From IMG/VR virus record IMGVR_UViG_3300048834_000044, positions 1 through 56,318 of that record: a DNA stretch of 56,318 nucleotides. One strand, 5' to 3'. Source of the DNA: a virus. Its lineage: Duplodnaviria; Caudoviricetes. The notes under the pieces were generated by a model. That model made no database searches and was not told the origin of the DNA. It saw only the letters and a list, made by a program, of their open reading frames with translations. Each line of letters starts with the position of its first letter. Position 1 is the first letter of the stretch. Shown here one piece after another: positions 27,399 through 35,940 of this stretch. A program made the translations under genes and the position numbers.

Positions 27399-28582
27399 CC
27401 ACGTACCCCAACCCGACGAAGAAGCAGATCCTCGCTGCCTTCGACGCGCACGGCGTTCGCTACAAGGTCGAGCCTGTCAAGGCGTCTGCCGAGGGTCGCG
27501 GCGGCTGGCCAAACGGTCTCCGGGCTCTCATCGACCACCACACGGCCGGTCGCAACAGCCTCGCGTACCTGATGAACGCGGGTGGGACGTACCCTCTCGT
27601 CAACACGCTCATCGACAGGGACGGCCTGGTCCACATCCTCTCGACGCAGAGTTGCTGGGGCACCGGCAGTGGTGGTCCCTGGCCCGGCATCGCTGCCAAG
27701 GACTCTCTGCACCTTGTCGGCTGGAGCACCGAGGTCGAGGATCTCGGCCAGGGTCGGACGTTCACCGACGCGCAGATCGAAAGCCTGGGTCGGCAGAACG
27801 CTGCCCTTGTCTCCCTTGGCGTTCCGGCCACCAACGAGATCAACCACCGGGACTGGACGGACGGCACCAACGGCGTCGGAGACGTCCGGCTCCCCACGGC
27901 CGGTCGCAAGATCGACACCCGGTACGACACCACATGGCTTCGCGCAAACACCTTGGCCTACAAGGTCGGGAGCCCGACGAAGCCGCCGGAGCCGCCGAAG
28001 CCGAAGCCGCCGACTCCCTCTCCCTCATGGCGACAGGGCAAGAAGGTCTACTCTTCCAAGATGCGCCGGGGCCAGACCAACAGCGACTCGGTCTGGAACA
28101 TCACCGTGGCGCTCAAGGCGAAGCGGTACTGGAGCCGGGCGTTCACGGACGACTACACTGACGCGGTGGTCCAGGCCGTCCGCGCCTTCCAGAAGGCCCA
28201 GGGCTGGTCGGGCTCGGGCGCTGACGGCATCGTCGGCCCGCAGACCGCCAAGCGCCTTGGCGTGGCCTGGGTGGACGACGGCAAGCCGTCCGGCGGTGCC
28301 GGTCCCTCGAAGCCGTCGCACTCGTACCGCCAGGGCGAGAAGGTCTACTCCTCCAAGATGAAGGCGGGACAGCAGGGCTCCGACTCGGTCTGGAACCTGC
28401 AGGTCGCCTTGATCGCCAAGGGGTACTCGATCCCGGACGGGCCGACCGAGTTCTACGGGCCGCAGACTGTCAACGCCTGCAAGAAGTTCCAGCAGGCGCA
28501 GGGCTGGAAGGGCAAGGACGCGGACGGAATCGCCGGGCAGGAGACGGTGCGCCGTCTCGGCCTGCAGTGGGTGAAGGGCTGA
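27395..28582 (+). CDS. Endolysin: N-acetylmuramoyl-L-alanine amidase with two tandem peptidoglycan-binding domains
   Basis: HHTAG, E and HRDW..KID amidase-2 motifs; Pro/Lys linker; two repeats ending FQ.AQGW.G..ADGI.G..T..RLG. Confidence 0.9.
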   Translation: MTTYPNPTKKQILAAFDAHGVRYKVEPVKASAEGRGGWPNGLRALIDHHTAGRNSLAYLMNAGGTYPLVNTLIDRDGLVHILSTQSCWGTGSGGPWPGIAAKDSLHLVGWSTEVEDLGQGRTFTDAQIESLGRQNAALVSLGVPATNEINHRDWTDGTNGVGDVRLPTAGRKIDTRYDTTWLRANTLAYKVGSPTKPPEPPKPKPPTPSPSWRQGKKVYSSKMRRGQTNSDSVWNITVALKAKRYWSRAFTDDYTDAVVQAVRAFQKAQGWSGSGADGIVGPQTAKRLGVAWVDDGKPSGGAGPSKPSHSYRQGEKVYSSKMKAGQQGSDSVWNLQVALIAKGYSIPDGPTEFYGPQTVNACKKFQQAQGWKGKDADGIAGQETVRRLGLQWVKG

Positions 28583-28588
28583 GTTCTC

Positions 28589-28954
28589 ATGGCAACAGTG
28601 CCGTTCGGACCCGCTCGCGCGGACATCAAGGGCGTCCGCGCGGGCGACCTGAACGAGATGCAGGTCACCCTCACGGCCGGTGGCAACGCCTTCGACCTCA
28701 CCGGCCGGACGGTCACGGCACAGGCACGGCAGAAGGCCACCAGCGCGAGCGCTCTGGACGCCGTCGTCACGGTGCTCGGAGATCCCTTGGACGGCATCGT
28801 GACCGTCCGGTGGCCGGGCGATGACGTGCGAAGCCTCTTGGCGGGCAGGCGAGTCTGGAAGGGTGTCTGGGATCTCCAGGTGGGCGATGGGGTTGCGGAC
28901 CCGACCACCGTCATCGCCGGGTCCTTCCAGGCAGAGATGGACGTGACGCGATGA
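28589..28954 (+). CDS. Putative virion accessory (tail-fibre module) protein
   Basis: DLTGRTVTAQAR..WDLQV..GSF beta-sandwich pattern seen in tail-associated proteins. Confidence 0.6.
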   Translation: MATVPFGPARADIKGVRAGDLNEMQVTLTAGGNAFDLTGRTVTAQARQKATSASALDAVVTVLGDPLDGIVTVRWPGDDVRSLLAGRRVWKGVWDLQVGDGVADPTTVIAGSFQAEMDVTR

Positions 28955-29241
28955 CGAGCATCACCGTTGACATCGAGACCGCCACGGTCACGACCGTCGT
29001 GACGATGCCCAACATCGTGGCCGAGATCGGCATCCCTGGCCTGCCGGGCGTCGGCGGGGGTGGCAACGTCCTCTCCGTCAACGGTCACACAGGCACCGTC
29101 GTCCTCGACTTCAGCGACGTCGGTGCTGCGGAAGCCGTTCACGGGCATGACATCGCCGACGTGGCCGGTCTCCAGAGCGCTCTCGATGCCAAGGCGACCG
29201 CCGGAACCGCTGCAGCCCTCGCACTCGTCCTCGGAGGATGA
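28951..29241 (+). CDS. Short tail-fibre-like protein
   Basis: VLSVNGHTGTVVL..DVGA and HGHDIADVAGLQSALDAK phage tail repeats. Confidence 0.68.
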   Translation: MTSITVDIETATVTTVVTMPNIVAEIGIPGLPGVGGGGNVLSVNGHTGTVVLDFSDVGAAEAVHGHDIADVAGLQSALDAKATAGTAAALALVLGG

Positions 29242-29242
29242 C

Positions 29243-29611
29243 ATGGCCAGTCCCAACCTGCTCGCGCTGACCAGTCTCCAGGAAGTCCTTCTCTCCGTTC
29301 ACTGCCCGGCCACGACCGGGGCAGAGGTTGCCTACGTCGTCCCGGCTGGCGAGAGCGTCAAGGTCACAACGGCGATCCTGTGCAACAACAGCGGTGCCGC
29401 CGTAACCGTCAACCTCCACGTCGTCCCGGCTGGCGACAGCCCGGCAGCAGCCAACAAGGTCATCGCCAACTACTCCATCGGCGCGTACGACACGGTGAAC
29501 CTCACCGACACCCTCGGCGGGCTCATGATCGGAGAGGGCGACGGCATCCAGATCCAGATCGGCACGGCCAACGCCGTTGTCCTCACGCTGAGCGGGGCGG
29601 TGGCTGCGTGA
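29243..29611 (+). CDS. Putative virion structural protein
   Basis: SD GGAGG before ATG 29243; all-beta pattern (YVVPAG, ILCN). Confidence 0.62.
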   Translation: MASPNLLALTSLQEVLLSVHCPATTGAEVAYVVPAGESVKVTTAILCNNSGAAVTVNLHVVPAGDSPAAANKVIANYSIGAYDTVNLTDTLGGLMIGEGDGIQIQIGTANAVVLTLSGAVAA

Positions 29612-31020
29612 GCACTCTCCTGCGGAAGCCGACGCTGCTGAGGACCGTTGTCCTCGAAGGAGATCCGCGCCTCACGGATGCTCGAACGCCGACCGCGCAC
29701 GCGCACGACTACGAGGCCACCGGGGCGGTCGCTGCCCATGAGGCAGAAGCAGACCCGCACCCCGACTACCTGCTGGAGTCGGACGCGGCGACAGCCCTGG
29801 CGCTGAAGGCCGATCTCGTTGGTGGAGTTCTGCCGACGTCGCAACTGCCCGCACTGGCCGTCACCGAGTTCCTGGGCTCGGTGGCGAACCAGTCGGCGAT
29901 GCTCGCGCTGTCGGGGCAGAAGGGCGACTGGTGCATCCGGTCGGACGTGGGCCAGGTCTACGTCATCACGGGTGCGGACCCGTCGCTGCTGGCGTCGTGG
30001 ACGGCGCTGGCGTACCCGACGTCGCCGGTGTCGTCGGTGAACGGCGAGACGGGCGTCGTGGTCCTCAGCCCGGGCGATGTGGGCGCGGACCCGGCTGGTA
30101 CGGCTGCGGCTCTGGTCGATGACCTGTCGGGCGTGACGGACGCGGCGGCGGCGCGGACGAACCTGGGCCTGGGGTCGGCGGCGGTCGCGGACTCGGGTGA
30201 CTTCGAGGCCGCTGGTGCGGTGTCGACGCATACGGGTGACACGTCGGACGCGCACGACGCATCGGCGATCAGCGTGGATGCGTCGGGGTTCAACGGGAAC
30301 CTGACGACCTCGGATGACACGGTGCAGAAGGTCGCGCAGAAGGTTGATGACCTGGCGCTGGGCGGGTCGTCGCTGGACGTGCGCGACGAGGGCTCGTCAC
30401 TGACGTCGGCTGCGACGCGACTGGACTTCGTGGGCGCTGGCGTGACAGCGACGGAGCCGGTAGCCGACCAGATCAAGGTCCAGATCGACGGCTTCGCACG
30501 GCGCTCCGCGACCGCGAACGCCTGGCACTGGCCGATCATGAACGGGGACGTGGCGTCCTTCGGGGACTACCAGCGCTGCTACTTCATCCCGTTCGTCGGC
30601 TCTGGCAACACCTTCGATCGGGCATCGGTCTACGCAGACGTGATCCATGCCAGCGGGCTCGTCAGGATCGGGGTGTTCACCGACCCTGGAGACGGGACTC
30701 TAACCAGAGTCCAGGACTTCGGGACTGTGGCCGCCAACGCGTCGCCGGGGATCAAGACCCTGACGATCAGTCCGTGGGCGACCATCGCAGGGGCCAACTA
30801 CTTGATCGCCGTAACGATCCAGGGCAACAGCGCGGTCAAGCTCCGGGGTGGGGACCTCTTGCCACCGGCTCAGTCATTCGACAAGACCACGTATGCCCTC
30901 CCCGCAGCCTTCGCGCTGTACGAGGGCTCGATCTCTGGCGCATACGCCGCCACGTCCTACGCCCCATTCGGGGGACTGACCACCGTTCGCGTCCCATGGG
31001 TCGCGCTGCGGGCGCAGTGA
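29608..31020 (+). CDS. Tail fibre or receptor-binding protein
   Basis: GTGA-coupled start; DPRLTDARTPTAH, HEAEADPHP.Y, VSSVNGETGVVVL and ARTNLGLG fibre motifs. Confidence 0.75.
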   Translation: MSTLLRKPTLLRTVVLEGDPRLTDARTPTAHAHDYEATGAVAAHEAEADPHPDYLLESDAATALALKADLVGGVLPTSQLPALAVTEFLGSVANQSAMLALSGQKGDWCIRSDVGQVYVITGADPSLLASWTALAYPTSPVSSVNGETGVVVLSPGDVGADPAGTAAALVDDLSGVTDAAAARTNLGLGSAAVADSGDFEAAGAVSTHTGDTSDAHDASAISVDASGFNGNLTTSDDTVQKVAQKVDDLALGGSSLDVRDEGSSLTSAATRLDFVGAGVTATEPVADQIKVQIDGFARRSATANAWHWPIMNGDVASFGDYQRCYFIPFVGSGNTFDRASVYADVIHASGLVRIGVFTDPGDGTLTRVQDFGTVAANASPGIKTLTISPWATIAGANYLIAVTIQGNSAVKLRGGDLLPPAQSFDKTTYALPAAFALYEGSISGAYAATSYAPFGGLTTVRVPWVALRAQ

Positions 31021-31030
31021 GGAGGCGACT

Positions 31031-31402
31031 ATGACTGACTACGTCCTGCCCTCCGGGGTCGTGCGAGTCGAGGACGGGATCGCCGTCCGCTGGGACGGGT
31101 CCACAGTCGAGGCCACGCCGGAGGTTGTCTCCTTCTTGGCCACGCAGGCGGAGGCGTTCGCCAACGACCCGACCCGCGCCCACCGCGCCGCTCTCTTCGA
31201 CGCTCGCACCCTCCTCCTCGCCTACGGCACCCCCGACGGCTTGTCCTTCGCCGAGACCTACTCCGCCGTCCAGACCGCCGCGCTCGACTACCGAGACTCC
31301 GGCGTAAAGGACGCGGAGTGCGAGGAGCACCTCCAGTGGATCACGGCCCGCACGGGCCAGATCACCGCCGCCGCGCTGTTCCAGGCTGGCGTGCTCAAGT
31401 GA
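31031..31402 (+). CDS. Hypothetical protein (possible fibre chaperone)
   Basis: SD GGAGG; follows the fibre gene. Confidence 0.6.
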   Translation: MTDYVLPSGVVRVEDGIAVRWDGSTVEATPEVVSFLATQAEAFANDPTRAHRAALFDARTLLLAYGTPDGLSFAETYSAVQTAALDYRDSGVKDAECEEHLQWITARTGQITAAALFQAGVLK

Positions 31403-31644
31403 GCGCCCCAGCGCCACAGCGCAGGTGGCTGCTGTTGTGGCTCATCGGCTTTGGCGGCCTGTTCGTCGTGCTGGAGGTCATCGCGCTGCTCGACCCCGCT
31501 GACGGCGACACCCTGAGTGAGTCGCTGCGCTGGCTCGTCTACTCGGCTCCGTGGGGGCTCGGCTTGGTCGCGTTCCTCGGCTTCTTCGTCTGGTTCATCC
31601 CACACATCCTGAAGCGAAAGGGTGATGGGGGAGATGACGGATGA
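31399..31644 (+). CDS. Membrane protein (2 TM)
   Basis: GTGA-coupled; two hydrophobic segments around GDTLSE. Confidence 0.65.
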   Translation: MSAPAPQRRWLLLWLIGFGGLFVVLEVIALLDPADGDTLSESLRWLVYSAPWGLGLVAFLGFFVWFIPHILKRKGDGGDDG

Positions 31645-31792
31645 CGTGACGGCCGGTGCAGCCTTCATCGGCGGCGCGGTCTTCGGAGCGACGTTTACGC
31701 TTGCGGTTGTTCGACTTACGTTGAGAGCGCTGGGGGTCCCGGTCGGGTTCTTCAAGCGACACAAGGACTCTGAGGGAGAAGACCGTGAGTGA
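31634..31792 (+). CDS. Small membrane protein (52 aa), absent from the ORF track
   Basis: ATG 31634 to TGA 31792; hydrophobic AGAAFIGGAVFGATFTLAVV; fills the gap between neighbours. Confidence 0.5.
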   Translation: MTDDVTAGAAFIGGAVFGATFTLAVVRLTLRALGVPVGFFKRHKDSEGEDRE

Positions 31793-32066
31793 CCCGTGGA
31801 TCCCTGCGCTAACTGCGATCGTTGTCGCGATCGTCTCTGCGCTGACTGCATGGGCCACAAGGAAGGACACGCGCGAGGGTGACTTCCGCGAGGACTACTT
31901 GGAGCGCTTGGACAAGGCTGAGCGCCGTGCCGAGGAAGCCTACTCCAAGTACGAGGCTTTGCTTGCGCGTCTTGCAGACTTGGATGAGGAGAACGCGCGG
32001 CTTCGGGGAGAAGTCGCGACACTGAGGGCGCACGTCGCCCGATTGGAGCGCACCAGTGGAGCGTAA
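31785..32066 (+). CDS. 1-TM coiled-coil membrane protein (lysis cassette)
   Basis: N-terminal TM followed by a heptad-rich C-terminus. Confidence 0.7.
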   Translation: MSDPWIPALTAIVVAIVSALTAWATRKDTREGDFREDYLERLDKAERRAEEAYSKYEALLARLADLDEENARLRGEVATLRAHVARLERTSGA

Positions 32067-32604
32067 GGATGCCGAGGGGCGCACCTACCGGCGGAGGCAT
32101 CTCAACGTCGCCGACCGCTGGCTGCGTTTCGTCGGCTGCGTGAGTCGTCACCCGGTCACTCCCATCCTGGGACTGCTTCTGGGGCTTCAGAACCTCACAC
32201 TCGGACTGATCTACCTGTTCGGCGTCATCGACGACCCCAACCTCACACTGCTCTCCCGACTGCTCGATGCCGAGGAGCGAGGGCTCTGGATCTGGATCTG
32301 GGGCATCGGACTCACGGCGGCAGGCGTCAGCCAGGTCTACGGCGTCGTCCGTGAGCGGTGGTGGTGCGTGGTCGCAGGCTCGAACCTTGCCTTGGCCTGC
32401 ATGACTTTCGCCTCAACCGTCTACGCGTTGAACTTCAGCCAGGCGTGGGTCGCGCTCATCTCTCCCGCGCTGTTCGCCTTGGCGCTCAACGGATATCTGA
32501 TGATCCTCGCTTCGATCGAGTCGCTGAAGCACCCGCACCAGCGGGATCGTTCGCACTTCTCCCATCACCGTGATGAGGAGCAGAAGGAAGAAGGGACCGA
32601 CTGA
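32056..32604 (+). CDS. 4-TM membrane protein (lysis cassette)
   Basis: Four hydrophobic segments. Confidence 0.68.
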   Translation: MERKDAEGRTYRRRHLNVADRWLRFVGCVSRHPVTPILGLLLGLQNLTLGLIYLFGVIDDPNLTLLSRLLDAEERGLWIWIWGIGLTAAGVSQVYGVVRERWWCVVAGSNLALACMTFASTVYALNFSQAWVALISPALFALALNGYLMILASIESLKHPHQRDRSHFSHHRDEEQKEEGTD

Positions 32605-32975
32605 TGCACCTGACTCTCGTTCCGGCGCTGGCCGTGGCCACGCCGGTCACTGAGACGGGGGTGGGCACCGCCGATCTCGTGGAGGTCCTCGTCGCCGTCA
32701 TCCTCCCGATCCTGGTCGGTCTGGTCACCAAGGCCAGCACCGACGCCCGCGTCAAGGCGCTGCTCCTGGCCGCCCTCTCGGCCCTCTCTGGGCTTGCTCA
32801 GGGCTTCCTGGACACGGCCCCTGGAACGGTCTGGGACTGGCAGCAGGCGATCCTCTCGGCCGTCACGACGTTCGTGATCGCGGCAGCGTCCTACTACGGG
32901 CTCTGGAAGCCGACCGGCGTGGCTGCGACGGCGCAGGCGACACTGATCAAGGACCGCCCCGCCGAGGCAGCCTGA
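32604..32975 (+). CDS. Putative holin
   Basis: LPILVGLVTK..KALLLAAL..YYGLWKP; 3 TM; last gene of the rightward operon. Confidence 0.7.
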   Translation: MHLTLVPALAVATPVTETGVGTADLVEVLVAVILPILVGLVTKASTDARVKALLLAALSALSGLAQGFLDTAPGTVWDWQQAILSAVTTFVIAAASYYGLWKPTGVAATAQATLIKDRPAEAA

Positions 32976-33009
32976 CTCCCCAGGCGTCCCACCCGCCTTG
33001 GGGCACATG

Positions 33010-33048
33010 GCGAAGCCCCCGCCCTGTCTGAGAGGGCGGGGGCTTCGC
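33010..33048. terminator. Hairpin between the convergent arms (probably a bidirectional terminator)
   Basis: GCGAAGCCCCCGCCCT-N7-AGGGCGGGGGCTTCGC, a perfect 16-bp stem. Confidence 0.82.
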
Positions 33049-33052
33049 TGTC

Positions 33053-33367
33053 TCAGTAATCGATCTTGGCGACGACGTGACCGACGATGTACGACAAGGA
33101 GAACGTGCCAGCGAGGACCTGCCACCAGACGGCCGCGTTGCCGGGTCCACCGGCCAGCATGAGCGAGCCGACCCCGGCCAGGCAGATCCAGAAGCCGATG
33201 CAGAACGGGCAGGTCAGCAGACCCTCAATGTACTTCTCGCTCTTGCGGCCGGTCGCCCACACGATCGCAGGCTTGACGAGCCACCACTCCCCAAGGGAGT
33301 CAACGAGAATCAGCCGCGTGACTCGCGCAGACGCGAGGACGAGGAGCAGGATGTCGAACCAGTACAT
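33053..33367 (-). CDS. DUF1360-like membrane protein
   Basis: ASARVTRLILVD and LLTCPFCIGFW; ATG at 33367 after a GAGG SD. Confidence 0.78.
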   Translation of the reverse strand: MYWFDILLLVLASARVTRLILVDSLGEWWLVKPAIVWATGRKSEKYIEGLLTCPFCIGFWICLAGVGSLMLAGGPGNAAVWWQVLAGTFSLSYIVGHVVAKIDY

Positions 33368-33374
33368 CTGAACC

Positions 33375-35177
33375 TCACAACTTGGCGTAGCGGTACAGGG
33401 TGTCGGCTGAGGCGTCCATCGGGAGACCGTCGGCCCAGGTCGGTGCCTGCCGCATGACAGCCTGGACCTCTCGGGGGTCGCCGCCCTCGACAAGTACTTC
33501 GTCGTGGACGTGGGCGACGATCTTGTGACCGGCCGCGTCGAGCCGGACCAGAGCATCAGCCAGGAGGTCCCGAGCGACGGCCTGTGTGACGTTCTCTGTC
33601 AGCCGACCGCCGTAGGTGTCCGCCCGGCCTCCGTGGACGTGAGCGTACGTCAGGCGGCTCCCTGTGGACACCTGGCGGTAGGTCAGGACGCGGCCGGAGG
33701 GCAGCCGGACGAAGCGGTCGTTGCCGACCCGGATGATCCGCAGACGGCCGACGTCGCGACCCTCTCGGAACGCCCGCTCGATCCGCCCCCAGAAGGAGAC
33801 GATGCGCGGGTTGGCCGCGCGCCACGCCTCCACGATGCGCGGAGCGTCAGCCTCCATGTAGCCCATGTTGTTCAGCGACCCGACCGAGCCCTGGTAGCCA
33901 CAGGCGAGCACGGCGATCTTACCCTGGCTGCGAGTGATATTGGGACCCATCATCTTTGCCGTCTCGACGTAGAGGTCACGGCCCTGCTCGAAGGCGTCCA
34001 GGACCCACTGTTCCCCTGCGAGCCATGCCAAGACGCGCGCCTCGATCGCCGAGAAGTCCGACCCGCAGCCGTCCACGATCATGAGCGGCCGGACCAACTT
34101 CTTCAGGACCTTCGGCTCGATGTCTTGCCCCTCAAGAACCTTCGCGATCGCCTCAGCCTCGGCGTCCTCGCGCTCGTCTCCCTCGCCGTCGAAGCCAGCA
34201 CGGGGAAGGTTGTGCAACTGCACGCCCTTCGAACTCCACCGGCCGGTCAGAGCCTCGTGGAAGCGGAACTGCCCCCGCAGCCGAGAGTCCTTGGAGACAC
34301 TGCGAAGCACGGCGTCGAACTTGTTGCTGCTCGCGACGGCCGTGGTCTGCCGGAGTTCGAGGACCCGCCTCGGCTTCTCCGGGAGTCGAGGGTCGTCAAG
34401 CAACTTCGTGACCGTGTCAGCGCGAAGATCCGGCGGCTGGACGCCCTGGACGCCCAGCCAAGCGAGCAACTGGTCGCGGCTGTTGGGGTTCGCGACCCCG
34501 GTGATCTCCTGGATCTCGTCGAGAGCGTCAGTGCTGTTGGTACCGCTGGCCTCTCGACAAGCATGTGCGAGTTCGAGGTCCACACGGATGCCACGGTCGT
34601 TGACACGCTGATCCACGTTCCAGAGCGTCCTCTCGAACGGAGACATCTGCGGCAGCCGCCTGGCGACCTCGCGCAGCGTCTCGACGTCCTGGGCACAGTA
34701 GCGGACAAACTCGGCCCACTGCTCCGGCTTCTCATGAGGCAGAACGCGCCTGCCCTTCACCGGCCGAGAGAACGTGTTCTTCAGCCGCGTCCCAGCCGTG
34801 TCCTTCTCAGCAGTCCCAAGGGCCTTCGCGACGTTCTCCAGCGAGCGCGGGTAGCCAGCCTCAGCGGCGCGAGCCATTGTGTCGTCCCACTGCTCCGGCG
34901 GGAGGTACTGCCCGAAGGGAAGCCGGAGGACGGCCGACATGATGATGCGGTCGAAGCCTGCATTGTGGGCGGAGAACTCGATGTCTGGCATGAGAAGCCA
35001 GTCCGCCATGAGAGCACGTACCTCGTCCTCGTCGGTCGTAACCCGAACGGGGTCATCGTCAACGGCGAAGCCAAGCATCAGCATGCAGAAGGACGGGTCC
35101 TCGATGTACCTGTAGACGTTGGACTTCTTGAGGTCGATGTCGCCATACGTCTCAAAGTCAAGGTACACGGTTGGCAC
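33375..35177 (-). CDS. DNA polymerase, family A (with 3'-5' exonuclease)
   Basis: LDFET ExoI, AHNAGFD ExoII, DFSAIEAR motif A, RSQGKIAVLACGY motif B, HVHDE motif C; GTG 35177 after SD AGGGAG. Confidence 0.95.
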   Translation of the reverse strand: MPTVYLDFETYGDIDLKKSNVYRYIEDPSFCMLMLGFAVDDDPVRVTTDEDEVRALMADWLLMPDIEFSAHNAGFDRIIMSAVLRLPFGQYLPPEQWDDTMARAAEAGYPRSLENVAKALGTAEKDTAGTRLKNTFSRPVKGRRVLPHEKPEQWAEFVRYCAQDVETLREVARRLPQMSPFERTLWNVDQRVNDRGIRVDLELAHACREASGTNSTDALDEIQEITGVANPNSRDQLLAWLGVQGVQPPDLRADTVTKLLDDPRLPEKPRRVLELRQTTAVASSNKFDAVLRSVSKDSRLRGQFRFHEALTGRWSSKGVQLHNLPRAGFDGEGDEREDAEAEAIAKVLEGQDIEPKVLKKLVRPLMIVDGCGSDFSAIEARVLAWLAGEQWVLDAFEQGRDLYVETAKMMGPNITRSQGKIAVLACGYQGSVGSLNNMGYMEADAPRIVEAWRAANPRIVSFWGRIERAFREGRDVGRLRIIRVGNDRFVRLPSGRVLTYRQVSTGSRLTYAHVHGGRADTYGGRLTENVTQAVARDLLADALVRLDAAGHKIVAHVHDEVLVEGGDPREVQAVMRQAPTWADGLPMDASADTLYRYAKL

Positions 35178-35292
35178 TGTCTGCGTCTCCCTGCCAGAGA
35201 TGGGGGGTGTGAGCCGGACGCCGGAGAAGGAGACCTGCCCTTGACCAGAGGGGACCCGCGTCGCCCGACTCACACCCGTCGTCATCGTACCA
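35178..35292 (-). promoter_or_regulatory. Promoter (TGGTACGAT, 35284-35292) and structured ~100-nt 5' leader of the polymerase gene
   Basis: A 16-bp stem (35205-35220 with 35262-35277) whose loop is complementary to the gene's own SD. Confidence 0.55.
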
Positions 35293-35329
35293 TGTCAGTC
35301 ATGCCGGTCGGAGCATGACGGAACCTGCG

Positions 35330-35890
35330 TCAGAGCAGGTCGTCGTCCTCGTCCTCGATCGCGTCGAACTCGTCCTCGGCACGCGGGCCACCGAGCAGAC
35401 GCTCGCCACCCCCGTACATCTGAACGTTGTTGAGACCGAGCGTGACCCCCTTGTTGCCGGAGACGTCGTACGCGTACGCCGTCACGCTCACACGCGCGAA
35501 GGCGCCCGAGTAGACCTCGGACTCATCGAGAACCGGCTGCAACTGCCGGTCCACGACACCGGGCGGGTTCTTGACGTTGGCCGAGACCGTCATGTAGTAG
35601 TGCCCCTTGCGGTCGGGGTACTCCTCGGCCGTCCCGTCTTCGTCGGCGTCGTGGATGATCGACGCCTTGAAGCCTGCGCCGGTCGGCTTCTTGCCGCCGA
35701 ACTTGCTGGCGATGCCCTCCTTGAGAGCCTGGGCCTCAGCGGCACGGAGCGCGTCGATCGTCTCCTTGTCGCTCTTGGGGATCAGGACCATCGTAGAGAA
35801 CTTCGGCTCCTGCCCCTCGACCGCCGCACGCGGCTTGAACAGGTTGGGGAACAGCAGCCGGACCTTGCCGGTGGTCACGCGAGTACTCAT
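35330..35890 (-). CDS. ssDNA-binding protein (DUF2815-like)
   Basis: VRLLFPNLFKP, YSG, GNKGVTLGLNNVQ..GERL; acidic C-terminal tail. Confidence 0.88.
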   Translation of the reverse strand: MSTRVTTGKVRLLFPNLFKPRAAVEGQEPKFSTMVLIPKSDKETIDALRAAEAQALKEGIASKFGGKKPTGAGFKASIIHDADEDGTAEEYPDRKGHYYMTVSANVKNPPGVVDRQLQPVLDESEVYSGAFARVSVTAYAYDVSGNKGVTLGLNNVQMYGGGERLLGGPRAEDEFDAIEDEDDDLL

Positions 35891-35940
35891 TTCTCCATCA
35901 CTCCCATTGCTCCATTGCATGTCTCCATGTAGCAGATGTG

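Noticed and set aside
25958-31020. Diversity-generating retroelement or invertible tail-fibre system
   Set aside because: No reverse transcriptase, recombinase or template/variable repeat pair was seen.
35178-35285. N-terminal extension of the DNA polymerase (636-aa call)
   Set aside because: ATG 35285 overlaps the predicted -10, the ExoI motif begins right after GTG 35177, and that GTG has an SD.
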